Part shown: positions 35,929 to 46,300 of the stretch, in pieces
Layout of the letters: the number at the start of each line of letters is the position of its first letter
Position numbering within the stretch: the stretch's first letter is position 1
IMG/VR virus record: IMGVR_UViG_3300024308_000033
Coordinates: 1-51,350 of that record
From: a virus
Lineage: Duplodnaviria; Caudoviricetes
DNA length: 51,350 bases
Direction: 5' to 3' (one strand)
Made by a program: the position numbers and the translations under genes
The notes under the pieces: generated by a model
The model's input: the letters and a program-made list of their open reading frames with translations, nothing else
Told to the model about the DNA's origin: nothing
Database searches by the model: none

Positions 35929-37278
35929 ATGGGCGCATCAAAGGGAATGCTTACAACGAAGGGACTGGCCGCACTGCCGGTCGGCGAATGGGCCTCAGAT
36001 CCGGCGCCGCGCGGCGCGGGCTGCCTGGACGTCCGCAAGCTGGCCGGCGGGCAGCTGCGGTTCTACTACAGGTACACGAAGTCCAACGGCCAGCGCGACC
36101 GCCTGCTGATCGGCACCGGCCTGGCGCTGACCACAGCACGCGATGCGGCGGCGGGCTTGTCCCGGCGGTATCAGGCCGGCGATCGGGATTTGCGGGACGC
36201 GATCGCGGCCGAGGCAGCGGCGATGGACCGTGCGAAAGCCGAGGCCCTGGCCGAATCGACGCGGCGATCAGGCGCCACGTTGGGCGCTCTGATGACAGCC
36301 TATGCCCAAAGCTTGGAGGACGCCGGCAAGGTCTCTGCCGCTGCGACGCGCGCTTCCATCACGCGCCACATCGAGGATCCGTGGCCAGACCTCTGGGCGC
36401 GCCCGGCATCCGAGCTTGAGCTGGATGACCTGCTTCCGATCCTGTCGCGGCTTGTGCGCGCCAAGAAGCTCCGCGAAGGCGGCAAGATCCGGTCATACCT
36501 GCGTGCAGCGTATGCGGCGGCGATCGCAGCCAAGCAGGACGCGGCCGCCCCCGACGCTCTGCGCGTGCTCAACGTATCCAGAAACCCGGCGCGCGACTTG
36601 GCCACGCTCGACAGCGGTCAGCCGCGCGACCGGGTTCTTTCGGTGGCCGAGCTTCGTGCCTACTGGCGCAGGATCGAGAACCTGCCGGGACGACAGGGCG
36701 CCCTGCTGCGCTTCCACCTGCTGACCGGCGGGCAGCGCATTGCACAGCTGATGCGGCTGAAGTGGTCAGATCACGATCACGACACGGACACCGGTACCGG
36801 ATCCGTCCGCTTGCTCGACATCAAGGGGCGTCGTCGCGTGCCCCGTGTGCACCTGGTGCCGCTGCTCCCGGTGATGGCTGCGGATCTCGCCGTCCTGCGT
36901 GGCGATGATGACAGTGACGGCGGCGGCGCCAGACCGCACCTGTTCTCGCTCACCGCCGGTAAGGCGCCTGCCACCTATGACGAGTTCCGGGGAATCATGG
37001 ATCCGGTGGTGGCCAGCATGGTGGCCGCCGGCGAGCTGACAGCGCCGTTCACACCGGGCGACCTACGACGCACGGTGGAGACTCGGCTCGCTGCGCTGGG
37101 GCTATCGGAAGAAGTCCGTGGCCACCTGCAATCCCACGGCCTGAGCGGCGTCCAGAAGCGGCATTACAACTTCTTCGAGTACGACGCGGAGAAACGCGCT
37201 GCGGTGGAGGCCCTGTACGAACTGCTTTCCGGCGCCGGTGCGACGGTGGTGCCGATGCGCAAGGGCCTGAGCCGCTAG
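35929..37278 (+). CDS. int: Tyrosine integrase with N-terminal arm-binding domain (P4-like)
   Basis: N-terminal G.L.VR...FYYRY...IG arm domain; RDRVLS, TGGQR, DLRRT, QSH and KRHY. Start uncertain (35929 or 35947). Confidence 0.88.
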   Translation: MGASKGMLTTKGLAALPVGEWASDPAPRGAGCLDVRKLAGGQLRFYYRYTKSNGQRDRLLIGTGLALTTARDAAAGLSRRYQAGDRDLRDAIAAEAAAMDRAKAEALAESTRRSGATLGALMTAYAQSLEDAGKVSAAATRASITRHIEDPWPDLWARPASELELDDLLPILSRLVRAKKLREGGKIRSYLRAAYAAAIAAKQDAAAPDALRVLNVSRNPARDLATLDSGQPRDRVLSVAELRAYWRRIENLPGRQGALLRFHLLTGGQRIAQLMRLKWSDHDHDTDTGTGSVRLLDIKGRRRVPRVHLVPLLPVMAADLAVLRGDDDSDGGGARPHLFSLTAGKAPATYDEFRGIMDPVVASMVAAGELTAPFTPGDLRRTVETRLAALGLSEEVRGHLQSHGLSGVQKRHYNFFEYDAEKRAAVEALYELLSGAGATVVPMRKGLSR

Positions 37279-37490
37279 AACGGTAGGTCCTCGGGCAGAT
37301 CCAAGCCTACCAAGCGGCCTGCGGCGCGTTGATGGCTGCTGGCCGTAGCACGCAGACGTTGCGCGCTCTGCCGGCGGCGCGCGCGGCAACGCCAACTTCC
37401 AGAGGTATCTCGTTCGAGGTCCGACGCCTGCTGCAGCTTGGCCGCCGCCTTGGCCTCCAATGAGGCCGGGTCCTTTTGCCAGTTCGCCAT
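37275..37490 (-). CDS. Small hypothetical protein
   Basis: MANWQKDP...EDLPF, 71 aa, AGGA upstream; convergent with the integrase. Confidence 0.45.
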   Translation of the reverse strand: MANWQKDPASLEAKAAAKLQQASDLERDTSGSWRCRARRRQSAQRLRATASSHQRAAGRLVGLDLPEDLPF

Positions 37491-37597
37491 CGCTGCAGGA
37501 TGCCCGCTGAGCGTCGCGCAGTTCGCGACTGCCGCGGCGCCTGGACCTCTCTGCGGAACGCGTTCAGGAATTCGAGGGCGACGATCACGGCCATAAA

Positions 37598-37613
37598 TTA
37601 GTAATTGTACTAA
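37598..37613. promoter_or_regulatory. LexA (SOS) box, Xanthomonadales type
   Basis: TTAG-TAATTG-TACTA(A) fits the Xanthomonas LexA consensus TTAG-N6-TACTA, ~50 bp upstream of the umuD-like gene. Confidence 0.8.
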
Positions 37614-37662
37614 CATGCGCCCCGTCTCGACCCGTGAGACATGCCGCTACCAGAGTACGCCC

Positions 37663-38145
37663 ATGCAGTCCCTTCCCTACTCACACACGCTGGCCCGCCC
37701 CATCGGCCCGGCCATGATCGATGGCCCGGCGCAGTTCGTGCCCCTTGCCGCAGCGCGCGCGCGGCTTGGCTTCCCTTCGCCGGCCGACGACTTCATGGAC
37801 GATGCGATCGACCTGCATCGCCTGCTGGTGCGCAATCCCGCCGCCACATTCCTGTACCGCGCCGATGGCTGGTCCATGAGCGGCGCCGGCGTCAGCGACG
37901 GGGACATCCTGGTGGTCGACCGGTCCGTAACCCCCCAGGCCGGGGACCTGGTCATTGCCATCTGGGACGGGAACCAGCCCACCTGCAAGGTGCTTCAGCT
38001 CTTTGAAAGCCACATGGAGCTGCACTCGGCCAATCCGGACTTCCCCCCCATCGTGCTGGAGCAATCCACCGAAGTGGAAGTGTTCGCTGTCGTTGGAGTC
38101 GTCCGCCAGATCAAACGCCGGAGCGGTCGTGTTCGGGCTCGTTGA
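37663..38145 (+). CDS. umuD: UmuD-like S24 peptidase (Pol V accessory subunit)
   Basis: GFPSPA, GWSM (catalytic Ser), GDILVVDRS and TCK (catalytic Lys). Start uncertain. Confidence 0.88.
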   Translation: MQSLPYSHTLARPIGPAMIDGPAQFVPLAAARARLGFPSPADDFMDDAIDLHRLLVRNPAATFLYRADGWSMSGAGVSDGDILVVDRSVTPQAGDLVIAIWDGNQPTCKVLQLFESHMELHSANPDFPPIVLEQSTEVEVFAVVGVVRQIKRRSGRVRAR

Positions 38146-39379
38146 CGGCAACAACTTCTACGCCAGCTGCGAGCGCGTGTTCCAGCCGGGCCTTCGCGGC
38201 GTTCCGCTGGTGGTGCTGAGCAACAACGACGGCTGCGCGATCGCGCGCTCGGCCGAGGCCAAGGCGCTCGGCATCAAGATGGGCCAGCCCGCTCACGAAC
38301 TGAAGCACCTAGTGCGCCGGCATGGCCTCCAGATGCGCTCGGCCAACTTCGGGCTCTATGGAGACATGAGCGCCCGGGTCGTGAGCGTTCTACGGGAGGC
38401 CGCGCCGCGGGTCGAGGTCTACAGCATCGATGAGAGCTTCATCGACCTGGACGGAATTCGGGATCGCGAGCGGTTCGCGCGGGATCTGCGCCAACGTGTG
38501 CACCGGTGGACCGGCATACCGAATTGCATCGGCATTGGCCCCACGAAGACTCTGGCCAAGTTGGCCAACAAGGTGGCCAAGGGTGCTGACGGCGTGATCG
38601 ACCTCGGCAATGCGTCCTACCGGGACACAGTGCTGCGGACATTCACGGTCGGTGATCTATGGGGCGTCGGGCGCCGGCTGGCACCGCGGTTGGAATCCAT
38701 GGGCATCAGCACCGCGGCAGCATTACGCGACGCTCCGGCGGACGACATCCTGGCCACCTTCGGGGTCACATTGGCACGCACCCAGCGCGAGCTTCAGGGA
38801 CACGCGTGCATGGAGCTGGAGGAAGTCGAGCCGGATCGGCAGCAGATCATGGTGAGCCGATCCTTCGCGGACCGGGTGGAAGACCATGATGCGGTGGCTC
38901 AGGCGCTGGCTACCTTTGCCATCAGGGCCTGCGAGAAGCTCCGCGCGCGCGGCTTGGTTGCCGCTGGCGTCTGGGTGTTCGCGCAGTCCGACGTGTTTCG
39001 GCCAGAGCTCCGGCAGCACAACGCCAGCAGGACCGTGGGCCTGCCCGCGTCGACGGCAGACACCACGGTGGTGCTGGCCGTCGTGCGCAAGATGCTCCGC
39101 GGCCTGCTCCGCGACGGGATCGGATACAAGAAGGCAGGCGTGGCGCTGCTCGACCTAGCCCGGCCGGATGAGCTGCAGGCGGATCTCTTCGGGCCGACGG
39201 TGGTCGGCAATGACACGCTGATGGCCACCATGGACCGCATCAATCAGAAGTTCGGGCGCGGCACGGCCGGCCTTGGCGCATCAGGCTGGCAGGCACGGCC
39301 AGCCTGGGGAATGCGGCAGCACATGCTCTCGCCCAACTACACCACTTCCATCGATGAGATACCACAAGTTCGCTGCTGA
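38129..39379 (+). CDS. umuC: Y-family DNA polymerase V catalytic subunit
   Basis: DGNNFYASCE, VLSNNDGC, YSIDESF, TKTLAKLAN and C-terminal LSPNYTT. Confidence 0.93.
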   Translation: MFGLVDGNNFYASCERVFQPGLRGVPLVVLSNNDGCAIARSAEAKALGIKMGQPAHELKHLVRRHGLQMRSANFGLYGDMSARVVSVLREAAPRVEVYSIDESFIDLDGIRDRERFARDLRQRVHRWTGIPNCIGIGPTKTLAKLANKVAKGADGVIDLGNASYRDTVLRTFTVGDLWGVGRRLAPRLESMGISTAAALRDAPADDILATFGVTLARTQRELQGHACMELEEVEPDRQQIMVSRSFADRVEDHDAVAQALATFAIRACEKLRARGLVAAGVWVFAQSDVFRPELRQHNASRTVGLPASTADTTVVLAVVRKMLRGLLRDGIGYKKAGVALLDLARPDELQADLFGPTVVGNDTLMATMDRINQKFGRGTAGLGASGWQARPAWGMRQHMLSPNYTTSIDEIPQVRC

Positions 39380-39425
39380 CCGCCGACCAAGTTACGCAAG
39401 CATCAGCTAGCAGCACCGCGGGTCG

Positions 39426-40106
39426 TCAGCCTTGCGCCCGCTTCGCTGCAGGATCGAGAAGACGACGAACCTCTTCGGGGGATAGCACAGGAAATTCGGG
39501 CGCAGGCCAAACCGTTTTCGCCAAGAAGATACCCACTACGCTTTTCACATTGGGAAGGCCGATCAGGAGCCGCTTTGCGGCTGCGAAAGAAGCCCCCATC
39601 GTGATTACGTCGTCAACCACAATGATGTTCTGGGCCAAGGGCGGGCTCAGGAACTTGGGGTCCACAGCCAAAGTCTCACAGAGCTCATCTGGCGTAAGGC
39701 GGTGACCATGATGCTGCGCGTCCCGCTCTACGGTCTGAACCAATAGTGGCCTGATATCTACCTTCGGCGCGCCCACAGCCATGCGCTTAAGCACCCTGAG
39801 CATTCGATCGTCAAACTCGGCGTGTCCTGCCGGCTTGGATCCAGGCATTGGCACAAAGGTGTGCGAACCAATGGTTTTACTAAGGTCGATGACGCTTTCT
39901 AGCGCTCGACCCCAATACTCAATCGCCTGCTTCTTGTAGTAGAGCTGACCCTCACTCACGGTCGGCTTCTTCTTCAAGTTCAGAATTTGCTGATTGGTGT
40001 CACTGGCTTGGTAGCCGCCTTCACTTGTGTATTCCCCATAGTGAAAGCACTGGTCGCCAGTTTCTAAGTAAGTGTAGTTCTTCGGTTCAAGGGTCTGCAG
40101 GCGCAT
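39426..40106 (-). CDS. Phosphoribosyltransferase-fold (ComF-like) protein
   Basis: PRPP-binding loop IIVVDDVITMGASF; start overlaps the end of the DprA-like gene. Confidence 0.8.
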   Translation of the reverse strand: MRLQTLEPKNYTYLETGDQCFHYGEYTSEGGYQASDTNQQILNLKKKPTVSEGQLYYKKQAIEYWGRALESVIDLSKTIGSHTFVPMPGSKPAGHAEFDDRMLRVLKRMAVGAPKVDIRPLLVQTVERDAQHHGHRLTPDELCETLAVDPKFLSPPLAQNIIVVDDVITMGASFAAAKRLLIGLPNVKSVVGIFLAKTVWPAPEFPVLSPEEVRRLLDPAAKRAQG

Positions 40107-41040
40107 AACTACCCAGAGCTTCCATGATCTCGGTCACATTACGAACGCGGATGGCGCCTTGCGCCTCATATTTCTTGGGCCAGCTCAAATCTTCTCGTCG
40201 GAAACAGTTGTCCAAAATGAATAGCTTCCTTCCTTGGGCGAGGGCAGCTCTCGCTTGGACCAGAGTTCCAGAGGTGTTCCCAGCCTCGACGATGATGGTT
40301 GCCTCCGTCAGAGCAGACATTGTCACGTTACGTGCAGGGAAGAACAGGCTGTTCGCCTTGTAGTGTTGCTGCTTGTAGCGCAAGAAAGGCACCTGCGATA
40401 TCACCAAGTGATCTTTGGCCAAACTCTCTTGCAGAGCGGCGTTCTCGCGCGGGTAGTAGTCAAAGAGCGGTGTCCCAATGACAGCGATGGTTCGGCCACC
40501 TGCCTCCAGCGCCCCGGCGTGGGCGGCGGAGTCAATACCACGTGCCAGACCTGAAACCACCGTGAAACCGTGCTTCACTAACGCGATAGCGATGCGACGA
40601 GCATTGGCCGCTCCCTCCGGAGAGGGATTGCGCGTGCCGACGACGGCGACGCCACGCGTATCGACCAGCTCCCAATCTCCTCTGTAATAGAGAAGCTCAA
40701 TCGGGTGATCTGCCTCTCGGAGCTTGGCCGGGTACTCACCGGCGCCATGGACGCGGACCCCGACCTCCTTCAGACGATCAGCTCCAACCTCCTCGAGGAG
40801 CCGCTTCCACGTGTCCCGCACTTCCAGTTTGGACACCAACTCTGACGGCACCCGGCCAGGGTTTTCGGCGAACAGTTGCGCAATGTTCTTGAACCAAGCA
40901 CCTTGCCCCAGCCACAACGACTCATAAGCCGCCATCTCGCGACGGAGCTCGATCGGTGGAGCCGAAAAAATTGAATAGTCAGAGACTTGGTTCATCTCAG
41001 GCTGCTGTGAGCACTCTACAAGCATAGATTCCTCACCCAA
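40087..41040 (-). CDS. DprA/SMF-family Rossmann-fold protein
   Basis: AVVGTR, VSGLARGIDSAAH, FPARN and VEAGNTSGT motifs. Start uncertain (41040, 41025 or 40995). Confidence 0.9.
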   Translation of the reverse strand: MGEESMLVECSQQPEMNQVSDYSIFSAPPIELRREMAAYESLWLGQGAWFKNIAQLFAENPGRVPSELVSKLEVRDTWKRLLEEVGADRLKEVGVRVHGAGEYPAKLREADHPIELLYYRGDWELVDTRGVAVVGTRNPSPEGAANARRIAIALVKHGFTVVSGLARGIDSAAHAGALEAGGRTIAVIGTPLFDYYPRENAALQESLAKDHLVISQVPFLRYKQQHYKANSLFFPARNVTMSALTEATIIVEAGNTSGTLVQARAALAQGRKLFILDNCFRREDLSWPKKYEAQGAIRVRNVTEIMEALGSYAPADP

Positions 41041-41328
41041 ACGTCCAGTGTGCAGGGGGAACGACGGGCCCAGTACGGCCGGCCTGATATGTTACCCCTT
41101 CTGCGTCGATGTCACCTGAAGGGCTCAATGCAGGCGGAAGGCCGTCATAGCCAGATATGACACGAACACCGTTGGCGGGCAAGGCGCTGCCGGTAGAGGC
41201 GCCGGCGTGGCGCTGCTCACGCGCCCCCGGGTTGAGCTGCCTGCGGCCCCGGATCCGGCAAGGTCAGGATGCCTTTTCGGGCAGGTCTCCGCTATCGGGC
41301 AAACACCCACTGACGTTCGGGGTTCTCC

Positions 41329-42261
41329 CTATGCGGCCAGCTTGTGCTCGTAGAACGGGTGTCGCTTGTCGTCAAAGATCCGATAGAGCGTGGCCAGGTC
41401 GCCCGGATCCGGGTTGAGCCAGGCATCCACATGCTCGGGTTTGATGTTGATGATGGTCCGGTCGTGGCCGGCGGCGGCCACCTCGGGCTCCGGGTCGTCG
41501 GTGATGGCGGCGAACGACAGCAGATCCGGCTCCTTGCCGGCCGGATCCTTCCAGTGCGACCACAGGCACGCTACCAGCATGGGCTCGCCAGTGCGCGGCG
41601 TGAACTGCACCACCTGGTTCTTCCCGTCCGGCCCCTCGACGTTTTCATAGAACGTGTCCACCACCATCAGCCCGTGGGTGTGGCCAAAGGCCGGTGCCCA
41701 GAACTTCTCCAGGCTGTCGCGACGGGCGTTGTAGGTACCGGGGAAGCGTTGGTCATAGTTGGCCGGCTTTCCAGCCAGGCGGCACTGGTAGCGCATCGGC
41801 TTGATGACCAGCTTCCCGCCCTCGGAGACGATCACCGGGGCATATACGCCTGGGAAGATACGGCTATCGCGGTCCTTCGGCTCGGTGCGCTTCAGGTCGG
41901 CCAGCTTGGCCAGGGCCCGCTCGATCTTATTGCCGGCGATCCGAACATCTTCCCGGGCCTTCTTGGTTTCCTTCACCTGCAACGCGCGCTCGGCGTCGGC
42001 CAAGCGCTTGCGGTTGGCAAACAGCTCCTGCTCCAGTACCGCGGCCTCGGCTCGGTTCCACTGCTCCACCTCAGCCCACACCGCCAGCTCCGCCGGGCTC
42101 GCGCCGGCCCGGAAGGCGTCGTCCATCGCCTTCGGGGTCTTGGGCCGCTTCTTGCCCGGGTCGTGGGCGTAGAGAGCGGCGAACTCCTGCAGCGACAGCG
42201 TGGCGCCGGTCATCCGGACCAGCTTCTGATAGGCGGCGGTGATCTGGGCGGAATAGCACAT
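41329..42261 (-). CDS. SRAP (SOS response-associated peptidase, HMCES/YedK family)
   Basis: Met-Cys N-terminus (MCYS), YNARRD, FYE and GHDR motifs. Confidence 0.88.
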   Translation of the reverse strand: MCYSAQITAAYQKLVRMTGATLSLQEFAALYAHDPGKKRPKTPKAMDDAFRAGASPAELAVWAEVEQWNRAEAAVLEQELFANRKRLADAERALQVKETKKAREDVRIAGNKIERALAKLADLKRTEPKDRDSRIFPGVYAPVIVSEGGKLVIKPMRYQCRLAGKPANYDQRFPGTYNARRDSLEKFWAPAFGHTHGLMVVDTFYENVEGPDGKNQVVQFTPRTGEPMLVACLWSHWKDPAGKEPDLLSFAAITDDPEPEVAAAGHDRTIINIKPEHVDAWLNPDPGDLATLYRIFDDKRHPFYEHKLAA

Positions 42262-42309
42262 GGGCGCAATCTGACACGCCCCGACGTTCATTCGTCGTGA
42301 CGCTGCGGC

Positions 42310-42996
42310 TCAGTGGCCGGTCACGTCGATCAGTACGAAGTGGCCGGATGCGCTGAACTGCGTAGCGTTGTCGGACTGGGGGATCAAAGCGGCAGCGCCG
42401 GCGTAGTAGAAGCGCCCCGAACTTCCCCCACCGGTCCCATCCCCCTGCGGCCCGGTCAGGCGGAAGCCCACGCCACGCTCAATCCGCTGACACGAACGAG
42501 ACGAGATCACCGCGTAGCGCCGACCAGCCGGGACCTGCATGTAGGCGCCCTCTGCCGCCCCGAACGGGGCAGTTGTCACGCCTACGATGCGAAGGGGCTT
42601 TGCCCAGGAAGCGAAAGCCAGCTCGCCGGTGTGCTCTCGGTAGACCTCGATCCCGGTCTTGCCCGGCGTTCCAGTCACAACCGAGTCGTATACCCACACC
42701 GTGCCGAACACAATCGATGAGCCCGTGTAGGCCGACACTCGCCAGTTGTTGCCGCCGAGGTTGGTCAGAATCACGCTGAGCCCGAAGTTGTTGTTCGGAC
42801 CGGTGACCGCAACTATGGGGCTCTTGGCTTGGAACTCCCGCGTGACGTATCGGGTTACGACAATGCCCGATACCTGGTAGGCAACTGCTCCCGTCTCGTT
42901 GAAATCCCACTTGTGGCGCAGATGGAAGTTGAGCAGATCGCTTCGGACCTGCACCGTCCCGTACGGGGTGTATGCCTCAAACCCTCCGACCAGCAT
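42310..42996 (-). CDS. Tail-tip-associated structural protein (putative)
   Basis: Beta-rich, with two similar segments (GFEAYTPYG / GIEVYREHTG) and terminal IDVTG; downstream of the J-like gene. Confidence 0.65.
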   Translation of the reverse strand: MLVGGFEAYTPYGTVQVRSDLLNFHLRHKWDFNETGAVAYQVSGIVVTRYVTREFQAKSPIVAVTGPNNNFGLSVILTNLGGNNWRVSAYTGSSIVFGTVWVYDSVVTGTPGKTGIEVYREHTGELAFASWAKPLRIVGVTTAPFGAAEGAYMQVPAGRRYAVISSRSCQRIERGVGFRLTGPQGDGTGGGSSGRFYYAGAAALIPQSDNATQFSASGHFVLIDVTGH

Positions 42997-42997
42997 T

Positions 42998-43297
42998 TCA
43001 ATGCACCCCGTAAAGAACAGTTGCCGGGACCAGGGTAAAGACCGGCTGCCCATTGCCATCCACATCCGTGCCCCAGTACACACGGCCATCTGAGTACCAA
43101 ACGGTCGGCGTGCGGCCAGGCTGCGCAGGCGGAGGCACCACGTAGAAGAAGAAGTCCCCTGGTGGCAGCGGCCCTACCCAAGTCGAATTGCCGTGCACGG
43201 CGTCGGTCTGAACCGTGCCGATGAACAGCCCCAGGCGGGTCGTGTAATCAATCTCCAGCGACCCATCGAGATTGAAGGTCTGGATGCCCGCAGGCAT
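42998..43297 (-). CDS. Small tail-tip-associated protein (putative)
   Basis: MPAGIQTFNLDG...LYGVH with GAGGAG SD; directly after the J-like gene. Confidence 0.65.
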   Translation of the reverse strand: MPAGIQTFNLDGSLEIDYTTRLGLFIGTVQTDAVHGNSTWVGPLPPGDFFFYVVPPPAQPGRTPTVWYSDGRVYWGTDVDGNGQPVFTLVPATVLYGVH

Positions 43298-43352
43298 GCG
43301 CTCTACTCCTCTATTGATTGACGGGAGGACGTTTGCCCCTCCCGCCTTTTCG

Positions 43353-46300
43353 CTATTGCCACCAGCCCATGCGCGTGGCCAGCTGCCCATTCGGGTAGAA
43401 GCAACGCCAGTGACCGTCGCTGTACTCGGTGCGCTGCCCCCCATTACCAGGGGCGGAGACACGGAACACATCGGCCACTACGTCGAACGACGAAATCGCA
43501 CCGTTACTCGCCAGCTGGATGCCGCCGATCTTCCCGTCAGCACGAACGTTCACACCCCAGTTAGCGTTCGCTTCAAGGCCACCCGCGTTCCATGCAGGCG
43601 GGGCAGTCGCCCCCTCTGCCACCTGACTGAACATCGGCCGGAACATCCACCAGTACGGAGCCTGTAGGCCACCAACACCTCGCAGGAAGACACGAACTCG
43701 GGCGAAGGTAGCTTCTGGCGGTGCCTTTCCGAACACATAGGTTCGCGGAATGGCGTCCAAGCCCCACGACGCGTTGCCACCGTTCGCGGGGGACCAACCG
43801 CTGTAGGCGCTGCCCCGGTGGTTGCCACCACGATCATAGAATGCAATCTCGATCTGGCTATCACACCGATGCGTCTGAAGCCACACGCTGAAACAGTACG
43901 TGCGGTTTGGAAGTACGGCGGTGTCGTAGGTCGTGGATGTCGATGACACCTGACCGGCCGCCATGCCGCCCTTCGCTACTGCTCCTAGGCCAAACACACC
44001 CTGGGGGTTCCAGTCGCCGCCACCTGTCGGGTTGCCGAGTTCATTCCACCAATTGTCGGGGTTTGTCGTCCACTCCCAACCGTTCCTTGACCAGAACGGG
44101 AACGTGGAGTTCTGCAGAAGGTTGCCAGACTCTCCAAGGTTCTTGATGCTGGTTCCCATCTCCACCACCACAGCCGCATCGGCCTTTTCTCCCAGTGAGG
44201 TCTGGATGCCCGTGATCTGCTGTGCTTGCGCCGCCTGCGTTTGCCCCTGCTGCGTGACCTGGGTCTTCAGCTGGTTGAAGCCGCTGGCCGACACATCACC
44301 CACCTGCGTCTTCAGGCTCACCAGGTCCTGCGCAGTCGCGTCCAGCTTGCTGCCCTGCTGGTTTACCTCCGTGGTGAGGCCTGCCGTTGCAGCAGCATTG
44401 GCGGTGATCTTGACCTCGTTGGTAATGTCGTAGAACTCGATCCGGTCAATCAGGACTCGGGCCGGGCCCGTAGACCCTGCACGGTTCGTCACCCAGACGT
44501 GGGACAGGACTTCCGTACGATCGTCACCGATGGGGTGCTCTAGCTGGAATCGCTGCCACTCTGTGGTCAGGTTCGGGGTTGTCTGGTCATTGTTGCCCTC
44601 ACCAGCCACCCCACCCGTACGCACACGGCAGCGAGCCGTGATCGACGCCGTGCCCGAGATTGCCCGAGCAACAACGACGGTGCGCATGCGGCGGCCGATG
44701 CCCGCCTTCATACCCGACCAACGATTGCCGTTGGCGAACAGACCTGGCGACTGGGTCGCGTTCTGTACCACGGTCACGTCTACCGCCGAGCCGATCTGCC
44801 CCGCACCGTTGGACCACACAATGTCACCACCGGTAGCGCCCGTGTTCGTCTTCACGAACGGGGCCATGCCGCCGTCGAAACCGGAATTGGTGTTGATGTT
44901 GTCGCCGCGGTTGAACGTGGTGGTGATGGTGGTATTTAGATCGGTGACCTGGCTTGCTGTGCTGACCAAGGTGTTCTCGGCGCTCGTTACCCTGGAGGCC
45001 AGCCCAGTGATGGCTTGCGCGTTCGCCTCCGAAGATTGCTGTGCACCATAGGCCTCAGTTACATCGGTGATGACAATGTCATCCAGCAGCAGAATCGACC
45101 CGATCACGCGTTGGGACTTGGGGTCGGTCGCGTGACCAGGGAGAGAAACGAACAAGCGCCCCTGTGCCGCAGACGCGTTGGTCGTCACATACCCGCTCAC
45201 CTTCGTCCACGAAGTTTTCGACAGGCTGGCAACACCCCAATTTACGGTGGTCCAAACATTGCTCGTGCCGCCCGCACCTGCGGAAGAGGTCTGGACACCG
45301 ATACGCAAGTTGCTCTTGTTGTCGGGCGGGATTTCAACGCTACCAGAGGAAAGTGCTGCCCACGCCTCGATGTACAGGCGCCGTACTCCGACGAGGGGAA
45401 TGAACTCGGTGACCGGATAGCAGTCCGCATTTAGATCAGGGCGTGCGTCAGACGGCACCTGAATCAACAGGCCACGATTTCCGTTGCGCTTTGCCGACGT
45501 GTTGACGGTGAACGTCGTGCCATAGCCTTGGGACAACACCTGGCCATCCGCGAACTGCTCAAACGACCCCGACGGGAACATGCCGCCGCCGCCAGCCAAG
45601 CTCGCCTTCATCTCCGACTGCAGCTTGGTGACACTGGTCGAGGTCGACTCAATCTTGCCCTCAGCGGTAGTCACCCGCGTGGTCAGGTTCTGCAACGCCG
45701 ATGCGTTGGCGTCGGTCCTTCCGGAAACGTTGGTCAGGTCGCTGCGAAGCGCCGTCAACAGCCCAGCCTGAGAGGTGATCGTCTCGCCCTGCTGCGTCAC
45801 TTTCGTGCTGAGGTCAGAAATTGCCTGGGCGTTCGCCAGCAGCTCGGTCACTTCCTCCAGCACAACATCGTCAACCCACAACGTACCCGCAGTGTTGTCG
45901 GCATAGATGCCTAACTGCAGCCCAGTGATCGACGTGTTGTCCGGTATCGCGTACACGGCACTGAGGTAGGTCCAGGCAGCTTTGTCCGCGACGAAGAACG
46001 TTGCACCCCCGATCAGCTCCCCGTTCTGGTTCGCCAGTCGCATTTTGCTGTTGCCTGACGTGCCATTGAAGTCTGGGGTGCTGCGATACCAGCAGCTATA
46101 GCGATACTTCTTGCCCGGGCTCGTCGAAATCGTGGTGCGGCCATTGGCATACGCAACCTTCTGCCGGATGGTCCCGGGATCGAAGCGCACGCACATGCCA
46201 CCTGCACGTCCCTCCGCCGCCGGCCAACTGGTGCCGGTTGCACCCGGGTCGTAGGTCCAGCCCACGTCCTTGCCCGCCTGCCACGAGCCGTTCAGGACCA

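Noticed and set aside
40087-41040. Housekeeping competence dprA
   Set aside because: Atypical composition, location inside a mobile element and tight overlap with a PRTase gene favour a defence/TA role.
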